From Macrostomum lignano (lineage: Eukaryota), in NCBI GenBank assembly GCA_002269645.1, contig NIVC01003928.1, forward strand, positions 1 to 64,000: a stretch of DNA of 64,000 bases. The letters run 5' to 3'. This document shows, in pieces, positions 1 to 13,033 of the stretch. The notes under the pieces were generated by a model. That model was not told the DNA's origin. It did not search any database and saw only the letters and a program-made list of their open reading frames with translations. Within the stretch, counting starts at the first letter, position 1. Every line of letters starts with the position of its first letter. Both the position numbers and the translations under genes were made by a program.

Positions 1-14
1 GCGCAAAATTTTAG

Positions 15-3000
15 TGGAAGAGGAGCGCAGGCTGAACCGAGTCAGCCAGGACCCCATCGAAGCTGCCGCCTTCGTGAAGGAGCACCGGCGCAGGACCCGG
101 AACAAGGAGCTGCAGTATGAGTACAAGGTGAGTAGCGGCTGGTTGTGGAGCTGCAGTATGAGTACAAGGTGAGTAGCGGCTGGTTGTGGAGCTGCAGTAT
201 GAGTACAAGGTGAGTAGCGGCTGGTTGTGGAGCTGCAGTATGAGTACAAGGTGAGTAGCGGCTGTTGTGGAGCTGCAGTATGAGTACATGCACTGGCAGA
301 CACGTAGCATGCACGTGCAGACATGGTACACGCACTCACAAGACACGGACATGCACTGCAGACATGGACATGCACTGCAGACACGGACACGCACTGCAGA
401 CACGGACACGCACTGCAGACATGGACATGCACTGCAGACATGGACATGCACTGCAGACATGGACATGCACTGCAGACACGGACACGCACTGCAGACACGG
501 ACATGCAGACACGGACATGCAGACATGGACATGCAGACATGGACATGCAGACATGGACATGCAGACACGGACATGCAGACATGGACATGCAGACATGGAC
601 ATGCAGACACGGACATGCACTGCAGACATGGACATGCACTGCAGACATGGACATGCACTGCAGACATGGACATGCACTGCAGACATGGACATGCACTGCA
701 GACATGGACATGCACTGCAGACACGGACACTCACTGCAGACACGGACATGCAGACACGGACATGCAGACATGGACATGCAGACATGTACATGCAGACACG
801 GACATGCAGACATGGACATGCACTGCAGACACGGACATGCAGACATGGACATGCAGACATGGACATGCAGACACGGACATGCACTGCAGACACGGACACG
901 CGCTGCAGACACGGACACGCACTGCAGACACGGACATGCACTGCAGACACGGACATGCAGACACGGACATGCAGACATGGACATGCACTGCAAACACGGA
1001 CATGCAGACACGGACATGCAGACACGGACATGCAGACACGGACATGCACTGCAGACGCGGACCTCAGGGTATTATCGCGGGAAGACACTCGTGTCGTAGG
1101 GACTCCACAGTATGCAGTCAGTCAATGGCTAATTCATTCAAGCTGAGATTCAAGCTTGAAGATTCTCGACGCATTTTTCTCGAAAGTCGCCTTACCAGAG
1201 TGAAACGGCTTGACTTGAGGCGCTGCTCTGTCTCCAAGCGGGAAATTTCTACTTTGATGAAAAATTAATCTCTGCTTGCCTGACAGGGTAGAGAGAACAA
1301 CTGGCTCCACAAGCCGCCGGCTCAAAGCATTTATCGATTGCACCAGGGCTCCCATCATGGCTTGGGTCTGTATCATCGCTCTCTCACGCGTCTTCAGTGG
1401 CAGCTGCCACAATTGCTTTTTTTCCTGTTTCTGCGCAAAGCTGGCAAGCTGAGTTTTGAGCACAGACTCAGGCAGACTCAGGGCTGCTGCAATTTTCTGA
1501 AGCTGATTCCATTATTTAGCAAAGCTCCACACAGTCTGAAGAGTTCAATAAGTTCAACGTTGTCTTTAGCCGTATCGGATTTCGCTGGATTAATGAGATT
1601 ATGAAAAATGAGCTTTTCGATCTCAATTGTCCTTTTCAGGCTATCGAGCAAATCTCTGTGGGCGAGAAGCAGTCGGTGAGGAAATCAAAAATGAAATTTA
1701 ATCGAGAAAGACTCGTCAATAATTGAAATCCCCAGGGGCCACAAAGCAAACTTCCCAAAGTTTGCCACCTCAGCTCCCCAGGGTCTGCCAGCTCAGCTCC
1801 TCAGGGTCTGCCAGCTCAGCTCCTCAGGGTCTGCCACCTCAGCTCCTCAGGGTCTGCCAGCTCAGCTCCTCAGGGTCTGCCAGCTCAGCTCCTCAGGGTC
1901 CGCCACCTCAGCTCCTCAGGGTCCGCCACCTCAGCTCCTCAGGGCCCGCCACCTCAGCTCCTCAGGGCCCGCCACCTCAGCTCCTCAGGGCCCGCCACCT
2001 CAGCTCCTCAGGGCCCGCAAACACACCTCTATTAAAGCGCCATCCCTGAATCCCCGAATCCACAGGCCAGCATCAGAAGCGAAGGTCAGCACAAGGTTGC
2101 TGAGGCCGCCAAGCTGCCGTGCAATAAAGAGAAAAACCTCAGTGAACGAGTCCTGCCGTGTGAGTGCCGCACCAACAGGTTGCATTCGTAAAGATTAATT
2201 GGGATCGGTGCCCTCATTCATGTCATCTTCCGATCTCCATTCACCAACCGCTCCTCATTCACGCGATCTCCCCGACTCCCCATTCACCAACCGCTCCTCA
2301 TTCACCGATCTCCCCGACTCCCCATTCACCAACTAAACCTCATTCACCGATCTCCTCGACTCCCATTCACCAACCCCGCACCTCATTCACCGATCTCCCC
2401 GACTCCCCTTTCACCAACTAAACCTCATTCACCGATCTCCCCGACTCCCCATTCAACAACTAAACCTCATTCACCGATCTCCCCGACTCCCCTTTCACCA
2501 ACCGCACCTCATTCACCGATCTCCCCGACTCCCCATTCACCAACCGCACCTCATTCACCGATCTCCCCGACTCCCCTTTCACCAACCGCTCCTCATTCAC
2601 CGATCTCCCCGACTCCCATTCACCAACCGCACCTCATTCACCGATCTCCTCGACTCCCCATTCACCAACCGCACCTCATTCACCGATCTCCTCGACTCCC
2701 CATTCACCAACCGCACCTCATTCACCGATCTCCCCGACTCCCCTTTCACCAACCGCTCCTCATTCACCGATCTCCCCGACTCCCCATTCACCAACCGCAC
2801 CTCATTCACCGATCTCCTCGACTCCCCATTCACCAACCGCACCTCATTCACCGATCTCCTCGACTCCCCATTCACCAACTAAACCTCATTCACCAAGCTT
2901 CCGGTTTCCCATTTACCGACTAAACCTCATTCACCGATCTCCCTAATCCCCATTCACTAACTCCACCTCATTCACGGATCTCCTAGATTCTATTCACCAA

Positions 3001-6000
3001 CTAAACGTCATTCACCAATTTCCCTTATCCCCATTCACCGACTAAACCTCATTCACCGATCTCCCCTCTCCCCAGACGAACGCAACATAGTCCGCCTGGA
3101 GCCGGGTCTGGGCGAGCCCGACGTGGCTGAGGGCGGCGGCTACATGAACGCCAGCTGGATTGATGTGAGAAAAAGTTTTAATGGCTTCTGCTCAATTTTT
3201 TATCACGAGCATCCGATAGTTTACGATCTCTTAATCCCCAATTATCGGCAGGGCTACAACCAGCCCAAGAAGTTCATTGCCGCCCAGGGCCCCCTGGCGG
3301 CTACTAAAAATGACTTCTGGCGAATGGTGTGGCAGTACCGCTGCTGCTGCATCGTCATGACTACGAATCTGTTTGAGCACGCCAGGGTGAGTCGAGAGTC
3401 TTAAGCCTCCCTGGCTTAATCCCCTTATACCGGATTAGCTACTCCAAACTGATTCAGAAATTTTGCTGGTCCAAACTTATAGCAACAGTGCGACAAGTAC
3501 TGCACAATGTCTATGCCAGGTTTGGCGACATTGACGTGTGGCTTGACGACCTGTACTCAACTGCCGAGTACGAGAGCCGGCTGTTCAAGGTTAAAAAGGT
3601 GAGTGGCTTTGTCTAGATTAGTGCCTAGATTAGTGCCTAGATCAGTGCATAGATCAGTGCATAGATCAGTGCATAGATCAGTGCATAGATCAGTGCATAG
3701 ATCAGTGTATAGATCAGTGCATAGATCAGTGCATAGATCAGTGTATAGATCAGTGCATAGATCAGTGTATAGATCAGTGCATAGATCAGTGCATAGATCA
3801 GTGTATAGATCAGTGCATAGATCAGTGTATAGATCAGTGCATAGATCAGTGCATAGATCAGTGCATAGATCAGTGCATAGATCAGTGCATAGATCAGTGC
3901 ATAGATCAGTGCATAGATCAGTGCATAGATCAGTGTATAGATCAGTGCATGTCTTCACCTCCGCCTCGCCAGGCCGGCTGCGAGACGCGGCTGGTCCGGC
4001 AGTTCCAGTTCAAGAACTGGAGCCACTTCGACACGCCGCTACCAACCACGGTGATCGAAATTCGACGCAAAGTCAACGACTGGTGCGCGGCAAATGCGCA
4101 CCAATCATCGTGCACTGCAGGTTGGTCACGTGACAGCCTGTGACGTTGTGACGCTGTTTATTTAAAGTTCTTATCGAAAAGTACGAATTGTTTTTATTGC
4201 GCTCCCGTTACCAATGTGGCGCCCCAGATGCCAAAGTGGCGCCCCAGATGCCAAAGTGGCGCCCCAGATACCAAGGTGGCGCCCCAGATGCCAAAGTGGC
4301 GCCCAGATACCAAAGTGGCGCCCCAGATACCAAAGTGGCGCCCCAGATACCAAAGTGGCGCCCCAGATACCAAAGTGGCGCCCCAGATACCAAAGTGCCG
4401 CCCCCGATACCAAAGTGGCGCCCCCGATACCAAAGTGCCGCCCCCGATACCAAAGTGGCGCCCTTTGGCATGCACGAGTCGAATGCGGATTGTGAAATAA
4501 CTACAATATTAAAATTAATATCTTAAACGGAAAATCTCGCACAAGATATTCTTACCCAGCGTCTGGTCCCACTGACATTGCCTGTCCTTGGCTCTCTTCC
4601 GGTTTAAAAAAAACTTTTTTTGCAACGCCACACCAGAAGAAGCGAGCCTGAGTAGCAATGGCCCAACCCCACGACAGCAGGAAGCGGAGCATCCAGATCC
4701 CTCTACACGGCACAATGCCTCCTGGCTCTTTTAGTCCATTCAATTTCCTGATTTTGAAACTCAAATCTTTGCCGATCTCTTTTTAACCCCCCCCCTGAGT
4801 CCGGCACTGCCGGAACCTCCGCTGTCCGCGTTCAGGGACAGAATTAATATCCCATTTTTTACTTTTAACTGACTGCACCTCCGCATCCTGGAACTGGGTG
4901 GGCATTGTGCCAACTTATTTGAATGATGCTTCTAAGATAAAATACTGCGCAGCACAATCTATAAAGCTTGAATGCGTACTTTTCTAAATTTTAAAGACCA
5001 GACTAATAAATGATCGGCCCCTAGTACCTGAACTTGGCGCCCCTAGTACCTGAACTTGGCGCCCCTAGTACCTGAACTTGGCGCCCCCTAGTACCTGAAC
5101 TTGGCGCCCCCTAGTACCTGAATTTGGCGCCCCTAGTACCTGAACTTGGCGCCCCCTAGTACCTGAACTTGGCGCCCCTAGTACTCTTGATTGTACCGTC
5201 GACATTTACCTAAACAAAGTCCTCATAAAATCCGAAAAGTCCTGAAAATCTTCCGAAACCGCTCCCTGACCCAGCGACGGGGCGGGCCGCACCGGTACGT
5301 ACATCTGCATTGACATCGAAGTCAGCAAGGCGGAGGACGGCCGGCCCATTGACATTCTTCAGCAGACGCTGGCGCTGCGCAAAGCCCGGCCAGGCCTGGT
5401 GGGCAACCTCAGCCAGTACCGGTTCGTGTACGAGACTGTGGCCACGGCGCTGGCCTGCCGACCGACCACCGTGAAGGTGTTCGACTTCGCTAAGCTGACC
5501 GCTAGGATGGCCCAGCGCGACCCGTCGGGTGGCAGCCAGGCGACCGGCTTCTCGGCGGAGTTCACCTGCCTGGCCGGCCTGGTGAAGCCGCTCAGCGTCG
5601 GCGAGTGCGCGGGCGGGCATCGGGCGGAGAATCGATGGAAAAGTCGAGACGTCATGGTGCAGCCGCGTGAGTCCCTGGCTAGCAGCTGGACTACCAAGAG
5701 CGGGGTGCAGGAGCACTGACTGGGCTGACTCCACTGCCCGTTGCAAACGTTAGCGTAGATGAGAATCGCTAAAAAATTCGTTTGTCTTTTTAACGACTCA
5801 AACTCGTTGTGCTGACGCTTAACTTTCGCTAGAGATGTGACTCAACTTCATCAAGCGACGAAAATGCGCTTCAAACACAACTCAGTGACTCTACAGCGAC
5901 TCAAGCACGCCTCAAATACGACTCTACCGCCCAGAGTAGCTATACTGTCAAGCCAGAGTCACTTGCGTCTACCGCCCAGAGTAGTTTTACTGTCAAGCCA

Positions 6001-9000
6001 GAGTCACTTGCGTCGACCGCCCCAGAGTAGCTATACTGTCAAGCTAGAGTCACTTGCGTCGACCGCCCCAGAGTAGCTATACTTTCAAGCCAGAGTCACT
6101 TGCGTCGACCGCCCCAGAGTCGTTTCAGAGTCGCAGACAATAAAACGCTTCAAAGTGACTTTTGGGCGAATCTTTGATGACTTTTTTGGCGGCTTTAAAC
6201 GTGAAATCTCGTCGTTTTAGAGTTTAGTCCCACGTCACTTCTTTCTTATTTTACCTGTACCACCTGCAACGACTCTAAAACGACTCTGGGGCGACACAAG
6301 TGACTCTGAGACGCTTCTTGGCCCAGGTACCGTTTTCATCGGGCTGATGCTAGAATCTCAGAAATTCAGTAGCTCACCCAATCAAGGTGTCAGGTGCAAG
6401 TCGCAATTAGCTATCTGATGATATTTCGTCTATTGAAAGTGCATGGATTACGGAATGGTAGACTCGCTGAGGGTGCTCAGAGTGTCTGCAGCATCAGCAG
6501 CACCCTGTGAGCAGTAGGACTCGACGCGGATGATGTGGCCTACCGCCTGGAGTCTCCGACGACGAGGCAGATCCTGGGGCAGGTTCTTGACTTGGCCCTG
6601 TTAAAAACCTTCTTACAACCTGGATCATCGCCTGAAACAACGTTGCCCTCTGTCCGACAGAAGATGCAAGGCAGCCAAGACGAAATCCTTGATCCATCCC
6701 AGGTTAATTAATCACTGTCAAACCGTCCAGCTGACTTTACACGTCGGGCTTCATTTATCAAATATGATTTTTAATCTTTTTGTTTGTCAGAGCTGTCAAT
6801 GAAGTACAAGCTGCTCATTAAGTTTGCTAGATCGTTGGTTCCGTGTTCTTGAATTTAAAATTATCACCTGATTTCCGCGCCACCTTCAGCCGAGCGAGCC
6901 AGGCCCTACCTGCTGACGCAGGACAGCGCGTCCAGCACGGACTTCATCAATGCTGTCTATGTTGATGTGAGTAAATTGTAGGGCTCGGTGGCAGCTCCCT
7001 AAATTTCTAGACATACCCCGTTAAATTATACGAATAGCCCAGTGTTCATACTCTGAAATGCTCTATGAGCATTGTGCCCACTAAAAGTATATTATCTAAA
7101 ATACCACTGGCAGGGGCATAGTCGGACCAATCAGTACATTGTGACCAGTGGCCGCTGAAGAATACTGTCTGCGACTTCTGGAAGTTAATCCACGATCACC
7201 ACGTGTCAGTGGTGGTGCTGCTGTCCGACTCCAGCCGTGGCGGCACCGGCTCGCAGCCGAGATTCTGGCCAGCTGAGACCGGCTCGGAGCAGGGATTCGG
7301 CTCAGTGTTTGCCATCAAGCAGGACGAGTTGAGAGTCACCGAGAGTGTGCTCTGCAGGATGCACGCCGTTACAAAGGTCAGGAATTCTGATAGAATATTT
7401 CTAGCACTTAAAAAAAAACTTTTATTCCTTCTAGCATATGGATGGCTACTTAGACTAACTTGTTAGTCCTAAATTCGACTAACATCAGAAACGCAATAGT
7501 CCTCATCCATCTCACGAGAGCGTCAATAAAGATTCGTCAGCTAACAGACCTGATCTTGGCTGCTGTGTACACGAGTATCGGGCGGGGTAGGAAAACTGCG
7601 GCTGGGGTGGGTGCCGAGTGTATAAGCATTAATCGATAAACTTCACCCACCCCACTCCCCGCTGGGGTTAACGTAAGTCGCTTAGCAGACAGATCTAATT
7701 AAGGGGGGTTGCGGACGTGGGGATAGGAAAATTGGGGTGTTGGGGGTTGGGGTCCTTTGCCGGAAAATCGATAAGACCTACTCCCCACTCGATATGGTAG
7801 CGCAGTTAAAAATATTACTTTTATTAATATACACTACATGTGAGAATTATGCTCGTAGATTGATCTTATAGCTCGTAAGCGATAAAAAAGCCACTATCTC
7901 TAACCAAAAACAATGTCTCTTTGAAGGACAAATTATTTTCCTACGAATTAGCTATCAAGGTCGGCTGGTCCAACAGTTCAGTTTCTATGAAATATCGGTG
8001 GCCTGTACAATCTCTCTCGATGCGGGGAGCGTGAGTGTGCCCTTAGTTCCACGAAATCAACTTCCCAATTCATCACCAGGTCCAGTGTTTGGGCCTGGAG
8101 AAGTGGAGGTTAGAGAGAGAGAGGGCGGTCGGGCTCAAACCTGTCTTTAATCCCTCCAGCTTCCCCATCTAACAGGCGGGCGGCACGCCAGCCTGTCAAA
8201 GGAGGATCTCGGGGTGCAAGAGTGGACTTTATGGCGGCCTGGCAGGCTGGAGGGCAAAAGGGGAAAGGTGCTGAGCTGGAAAGTGAGAGCATAGAGAGGG
8301 AGAGAGAGCAGAGAATTGAGGGTAAGAAGGCGCTGCCATGGTCTACAACCACCCTGCAGACCAAACTGAAGGGGATTTTTTCAAAAAAGCCCAACCCATG
8401 AAAAGCCTGATGAATTGTTTCCCAAGAGCAGCGGCCGCCCTGCATCCCGCGCGATATTGGGCCTCGACACGCAGATTGACTTGCACTGCACTGATAGGGA
8501 CGAGCCAACCCGACTGCAAGGGAAGCCGGCTCGGAGATGTTGGGAATAAAGTAGCATTATTAAGTGGAAGAGGAGTTGAAATTTACCCCCTCTGCAGCTC
8601 AGAGCAGACGTCTCTCTTCAGCCAGCTTAGCAGCGTTCCAGCAATCGGGGTGGTTGGAAATATGTTCCATGAAAACGTCTTTGCTGAGAACTTCAATAAT
8701 ATAATTGCACTGGGCCACCCGGCCGTCAATCCGGCTCCCATGACTTGGGCCTATCTGCCTATGCCAGTGTTTGCTTATCTCCTCACTTCAACCGGCCCAC
8801 CCCAGCTTCATTCCTGAGTATTTGGGGCTCAGCGCGTCACAGAGTGGCTTATATGGTTAACCTGCTCCCCTTGGCGACAATCGCTTCTCTTCCCCGACGG
8901 TTCTCGCAGCCCCGGACGGAATGCTGTCTGGGGCTTCTGTACTCTTCTTCTCTCAAGCCTCACACGGCTTCATTTCACACAGAGCTGCCTGCCTCCATCC

Positions 9001-10977
9001 TGCATTTCCTAGCACGGTTTGTTGCATATCTGGTACACAATTATTGCCAGCAGCATCGCAATTCTGCTCATCCAAAATACCACTCAGTCGGAAATTCTGA
9101 CAGCTACAATTTTGCACAGCAGTAATTTCTTTCTGTTATAATTTTCACTCTGTCACTATGTCACTCACGTAAAGGTCAGATACTAGATAACTACATAATG
9201 TCACTTAAATCATAGTCACTCGATCACAATGTCACTCGATCACAATGTCACTCGATCACAATGTCACTCGATCACAATATCACTCGATCACAATGTCCCT
9301 CGATCACAATTTCACTCAAACACAATGTCACTCGATCACAATGTCACTCGATCACAATATCACTCGATCACAATGTCCCTCGATCACAATTTCACTCAAA
9401 CACAATGTCACTCGATCACAATGTCACTCGATCACAATGTCCCTCGATCACAATGTCACTCGATCACAATGTCCCTCGATCACAATTTCACTCAAACACA
9501 ATGTCACTCGATTACAATGTCACTCGATCACAATGTCACTCGATCACAATGTCACTCGATCACAATGTCCCTCGATCACAATGTCACTCGATCACAATGT
9601 CCCTCGATCACAATTTCACTCAAACACAATGTCACTCGATTACAATGTCACTCGATCACAATGTCACTCGATCACAATGTCACTCGATCACAATGTCCCT
9701 CGATCACAATGTCACTCGATCACAATGTCCCTCGATCACAATTTCACTCAAACACAATGTCACTCGATTACAATGTCACTCGATCACAATGTCACTCGAT
9801 CACAATGTCACTCGATCACAATGTCACTCGATCACAATGTCACTCGATCACAATGTCACTCGATCACAATGTCACTCGATCACAATGTCCCTCGATCCCA
9901 ATGTCACTCGATCACAATTTCACTCAAACACAATGTCACTCGGTCGGCATTGTTACTCTTAATCTGAACCTCGCAACTCCAACAGATCGGCAGCGGGGGC
10001 CCCTCTGGTTTCTCCCAGGACGTCCGTCACGTGGCCTTCCTCTGCTTGGCCTCGCCCTGGCCAACCTCCAGCCGAAGTCGCGGCAGTCACGGCCTCCTCG
10101 AGCTCGCCTGTCTGGCCGAGTCAACCAATCAGAATCTGGAGGAGACCCCGGGTTCGAGTCCTCTACTAGTCGTTAGCAGGTTAGTTTGATTTATCAACGC
10201 AACGATAATTTCATCACTAGGAAGATTTTGTCCCTAAGTAAATTTGTTCCCGCCATTGCGCAGCGACGGAGTGACCAAGTGCGGAGTCTTCTGCGTTCTG
10301 CACATGACCATGGACAAGATGCGCTACGAGGGCGAGGTGGACATCTTCCGGGCAGTCGAAAAGGTGAAGCGCAATCGGCCGCAGCTGGTTGGCAGCCAGG
10401 TGAGTTTTGGTTTCCGAGATTGGGCACCATCTGCCCAATTTATTACTCTCTGATCGTAGTGCAGTATGAAAATTGTGGCCTTTCATGGGGTGTGCTAATG
10501 ATGAAGCCTTCCGCGGGACAACCATGGCCAGCAGAGAAGTTGCTTCTGGCGCCTTCGATTTTCGCTAAAAACTCCTTTATTAGCGCGTCTGAAAGTGACT
10601 GACCTCCTCTGATAATAGCTCTTTCTGCTGCTTCCTGGGCGCTGGTTTTTGGGCTTCAAGCGTCCAAATTCATTCGCCACTGTTCACTCGCATTGCAGCA
10701 GGAGTATGAGCAGTGCTACTCCCTGGCGGAGCTGCTAGTCGAGTATTTCTTCTCTGGCCGGGTGTCCATCCAGGACAGTCAGAGCCTGCGGTTTCAGGAC
10801 CTCGACCGAGTGCCTCCCGTCACCGGCCGGCCGGCCGCAATCGCGGATTTTCGATTTCCAACGTCGCAACCCGACGCCGGCGGGATGGGGCGCCGTACCC
10901 TGGACGCTCTGCTGCTGCCCTGCGCCAGGCGGCGCCGGCGGGAGAGGCAGCTGCGATTGGCCGCCGCGATAGTGTGA
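15..10977 (+). CDS. Receptor-type protein tyrosine phosphatase, tandem D1-D2 cytoplasmic region (5'-partial; predicted pseudophosphatase; three 1-bp deletions in the assembled sequence)
   Basis: Exons with GT-AG boundaries and consistent phases: 15-127, 2066-2159, 3076-3164, 3252-3386, 3483-3598, 3973-4120, 5275-5666, 6890-6966, 7114-7376, 9986-10179, 10264-10399, 10699-10977. PTP motifs: [58 protein letters not shown]; D2 DFINAVYVD, DFWKLIHD, VDIFRAV, EYEQCY. The frame is restored only by adding one base near 3502, ~4086 and ~7146. Confidence 0.9.
106..290. repeat. 41-bp tandem repeat spanning an exon end and 5' splice site
   Basis: Unit GGAGCTGCAGTATGAGTACAAGGTGAGTAGCGGCTGGTTGT at 106, 147, 188, 229 plus a partial copy. 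Confidence 0.95.
330..1056. repeat. Intronic minisatellite GCAGACAYGGACAT(GCACT), 14/19-bp variants
   Basis: Direct inspection; the source of the long spurious ORFs at 265-1268. Confidence 0.95.
1765..2015. repeat. 23-bp intronic minisatellite CTCAGCTCCTCAGGGTCYGCCA(S)
   Basis: Direct inspection. Confidence 0.9.
2235..3062. repeat. ~42-bp intronic minisatellite CTCATTCACCGATCTCCCCGACTCCCCATTCACCAACCGCAC
   Basis: Direct inspection; runs up to the acceptor at 3075. Confidence 0.93.
3613..3949. repeat. 12-bp intronic repeat TAGATCAGTGYA
   Basis: Direct inspection; fills almost the whole intron 3599-3972. Confidence 0.95.
4216..4462. repeat. 20-bp intronic repeat CCAAAGTGGCGCCCCAGATA
   Basis: Direct inspection. 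Confidence 0.93.
5026..5183. repeat. 22-23-bp intronic repeat CCTAGTACCTGAACTTGGCGCC(C)
   Basis: Direct inspection. Confidence 0.93.
5925..6120. repeat. ~46-bp repeat CGACCGCCCCAGAGTAGCTATACTGTCAAGCCAGAGTCACTTGCGT (~4 copies)
   Basis: Direct inspection. Confidence 0.85.
9215..9942. repeat. 16-bp intronic repeat CACAATGTCACTCGAT with higher-order variants
   Basis: Direct inspection. Confidence 0.95.
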
Positions 10978-13033
10978 TGTGACGTCATCACTATTATGTG
11001 AGAGCAGTAAAATGTTGGCATTTTGCTCAATGTACTGCTGCTTTGAATTATTCAGTAGTATACAGCGAAAAATTGCCCGATTGCCACTTTATACTGCTGG
11101 TATAACAATGATAACTCTTAGTTCCTACATTGAGTTTAAGCGAATTGCAAATAAGCATATGCCAGCCATCGTGAATAAAGATCCGAAGATAAACTGACTG
11201 CCTAGAAATTATTTTATTGTTTTTTATAAGCGCACAAAGTATCTATGATAAGCATGCACCTCTGTGAATGATTTTCTGAATGAATGAGATTTTGCATTCT
11301 TAGAGTTTTTTTCCTCTCAGTCTCCACTCTGTGTTCAAAGCCATCGTATCCAGGTCTCGTCTTATTTAGAGTTTCGAAAATATTTTCAGATTTCATGTAA
11401 ACCATCCGTTACAAAAGTATTTTTGGAACAAATCCTCGACCTTCAATTTTAATTTTCCTTTTGAAAAAAATTGTTAAATATATCAAATAAAATTTTGAAA
11501 ACCTTACACGGTGTAAAAGTAAAATATCCGGAGATTTAAATTTTATACCAGACGTTTTATTACCAGAAATCAACTGAATTAATTATCATCTATACAGCAA
11601 TCTGTTTTTAGCATTAAAAAGGGTACTGAGAAACTGGTGGCAACGGAAGTGCAATTCTATTGTATTAAAAGACTCATAGTCGCACATGTATAAACATATC
11701 CTAGTACATGCATGTATGGCTGTAGTCCTTGTGTTCTTGAGCAAGGCACTACAAGTGAAATTTCTGATATTCAGCAGAAGTGACCAATTTATTTGTCCTT
11801 TGTAGAAAGAATCTTCACTCTGATAATTAAAGGGTATACAGTGTTGTTTATGGGTCCGGTTAAAAGTTTGATAGAGCTGACCTAGACAATTACAAGTAAC
11901 TTATAATAAACAGCGTGTACTTTAGCAGAGTATTATTAGTTGATGCTACATGTGGCGCCCGATTTTCTACATGCGGAGTGCATCTTACAACGATTAAGTG
12001 AGTTAGTGCAGTAAAATTCAGTCGGTGATCCGATGCCTACTGGCGATCCGCCGCAGCATTTATGATATCCTTATTGCTCATGAAAGCGAAGCAGTGTGTC
12101 CCCAGAAGAAAAGCGGGAAAAATACGAAATAATAGGACCGTTCGTAAAAGCGTTTTAGCTTCCGAGAAACGTTCCCGTCAATTCAAAATATCCAAAATGC
12201 AAGAAACCGCGCGGCACGAGCGTACGTGCATATATTTAATTTTTTGTCCCCAGTCGTAGCTACTGCTTGATTGGTGGCAATATTTAGTTACTTACTTTTT
12301 ACTTGAAGGTAAACAAGCCACGAGTAGTCCTACTTTTGTGTAATTAAATCTACGGAAACAATTGTTCTTTGTTAATTGCCCATTCGATTCTTAATCTTGT
12401 GCTTAATTTTAAAATTCTTAATTTTAATGTCATCACAAATTCTTGGAATACTTTATTTATTTGATTTAAAGACAAATCTTTAAAAGCATATTTTATTAAG
12501 TCATATAAAGACCTTAATAGTTGAAATTAAGAGTTTACATAAATTCTGATATTTTCAGTGGGTCAGATTATTGTTTTCTTGGCTTTGATTAATTTCATTC
12601 TATTAAATAAGGCCATTTTACCAATATTAATAACTATACAAGGTGTAAGCTGAACTCCAAGGACTATACTAAGCTCTGCAAAGTGAAATAAAAAACAAAT
12701 TTATAATTAGCACAAAGTATTTTACCTATATTTTTGGCTTTAATGTTCACAAAAAAGTTTAAAAATATATCTATGCTTCACTTTGAAAATCTTTTTTATG
12801 CTTGTAGCTATTTATTCTAACAAATTCTTAGGAGTTTAAATTTTGGCATTATCTTTCGCCTCAGAAATTTTAATTTAGCAATAGCATTTAAACATTTTAA
12901 TTTTTTATTTACTTCCATATTTCAGTTTTTAAACTCTTGTAGTTTTGAATTGTTGATTCTTATTTTTAGCTGAATTTTTGGCTGATAGTCCTATCAAATG
13001 AGAATAAAATTTGCAGCAAATTAGACACAGAAA

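Noticed and set aside
1048-1110. Possible small PTP exon at the end of the first array
   Set aside because: Exon 15-127 joins 2066-2159 in frame with the expected spacing to the KNxx motif, so no extra exon is needed.
11-1268. Long ORFs (239-333 aa) in several frames, and similar ones at 9229-10176, 14453-15978, 16466-17453, 19841-20608, 33023-34835, 47179-48031, 61059-62062
   Set aside because: They are translations of stop-free minisatellites within introns or intergenic DNA, open in multiple frames and on both strands.
7930-9130. Possible PTP D2 exon (RLVQQFSF at ~7966) and coding-like fragments to 9130
   Set aside because: The true D2 exon is 9986-10179, which fits phase and motifs. The fragments contain stops and match no family I can name.
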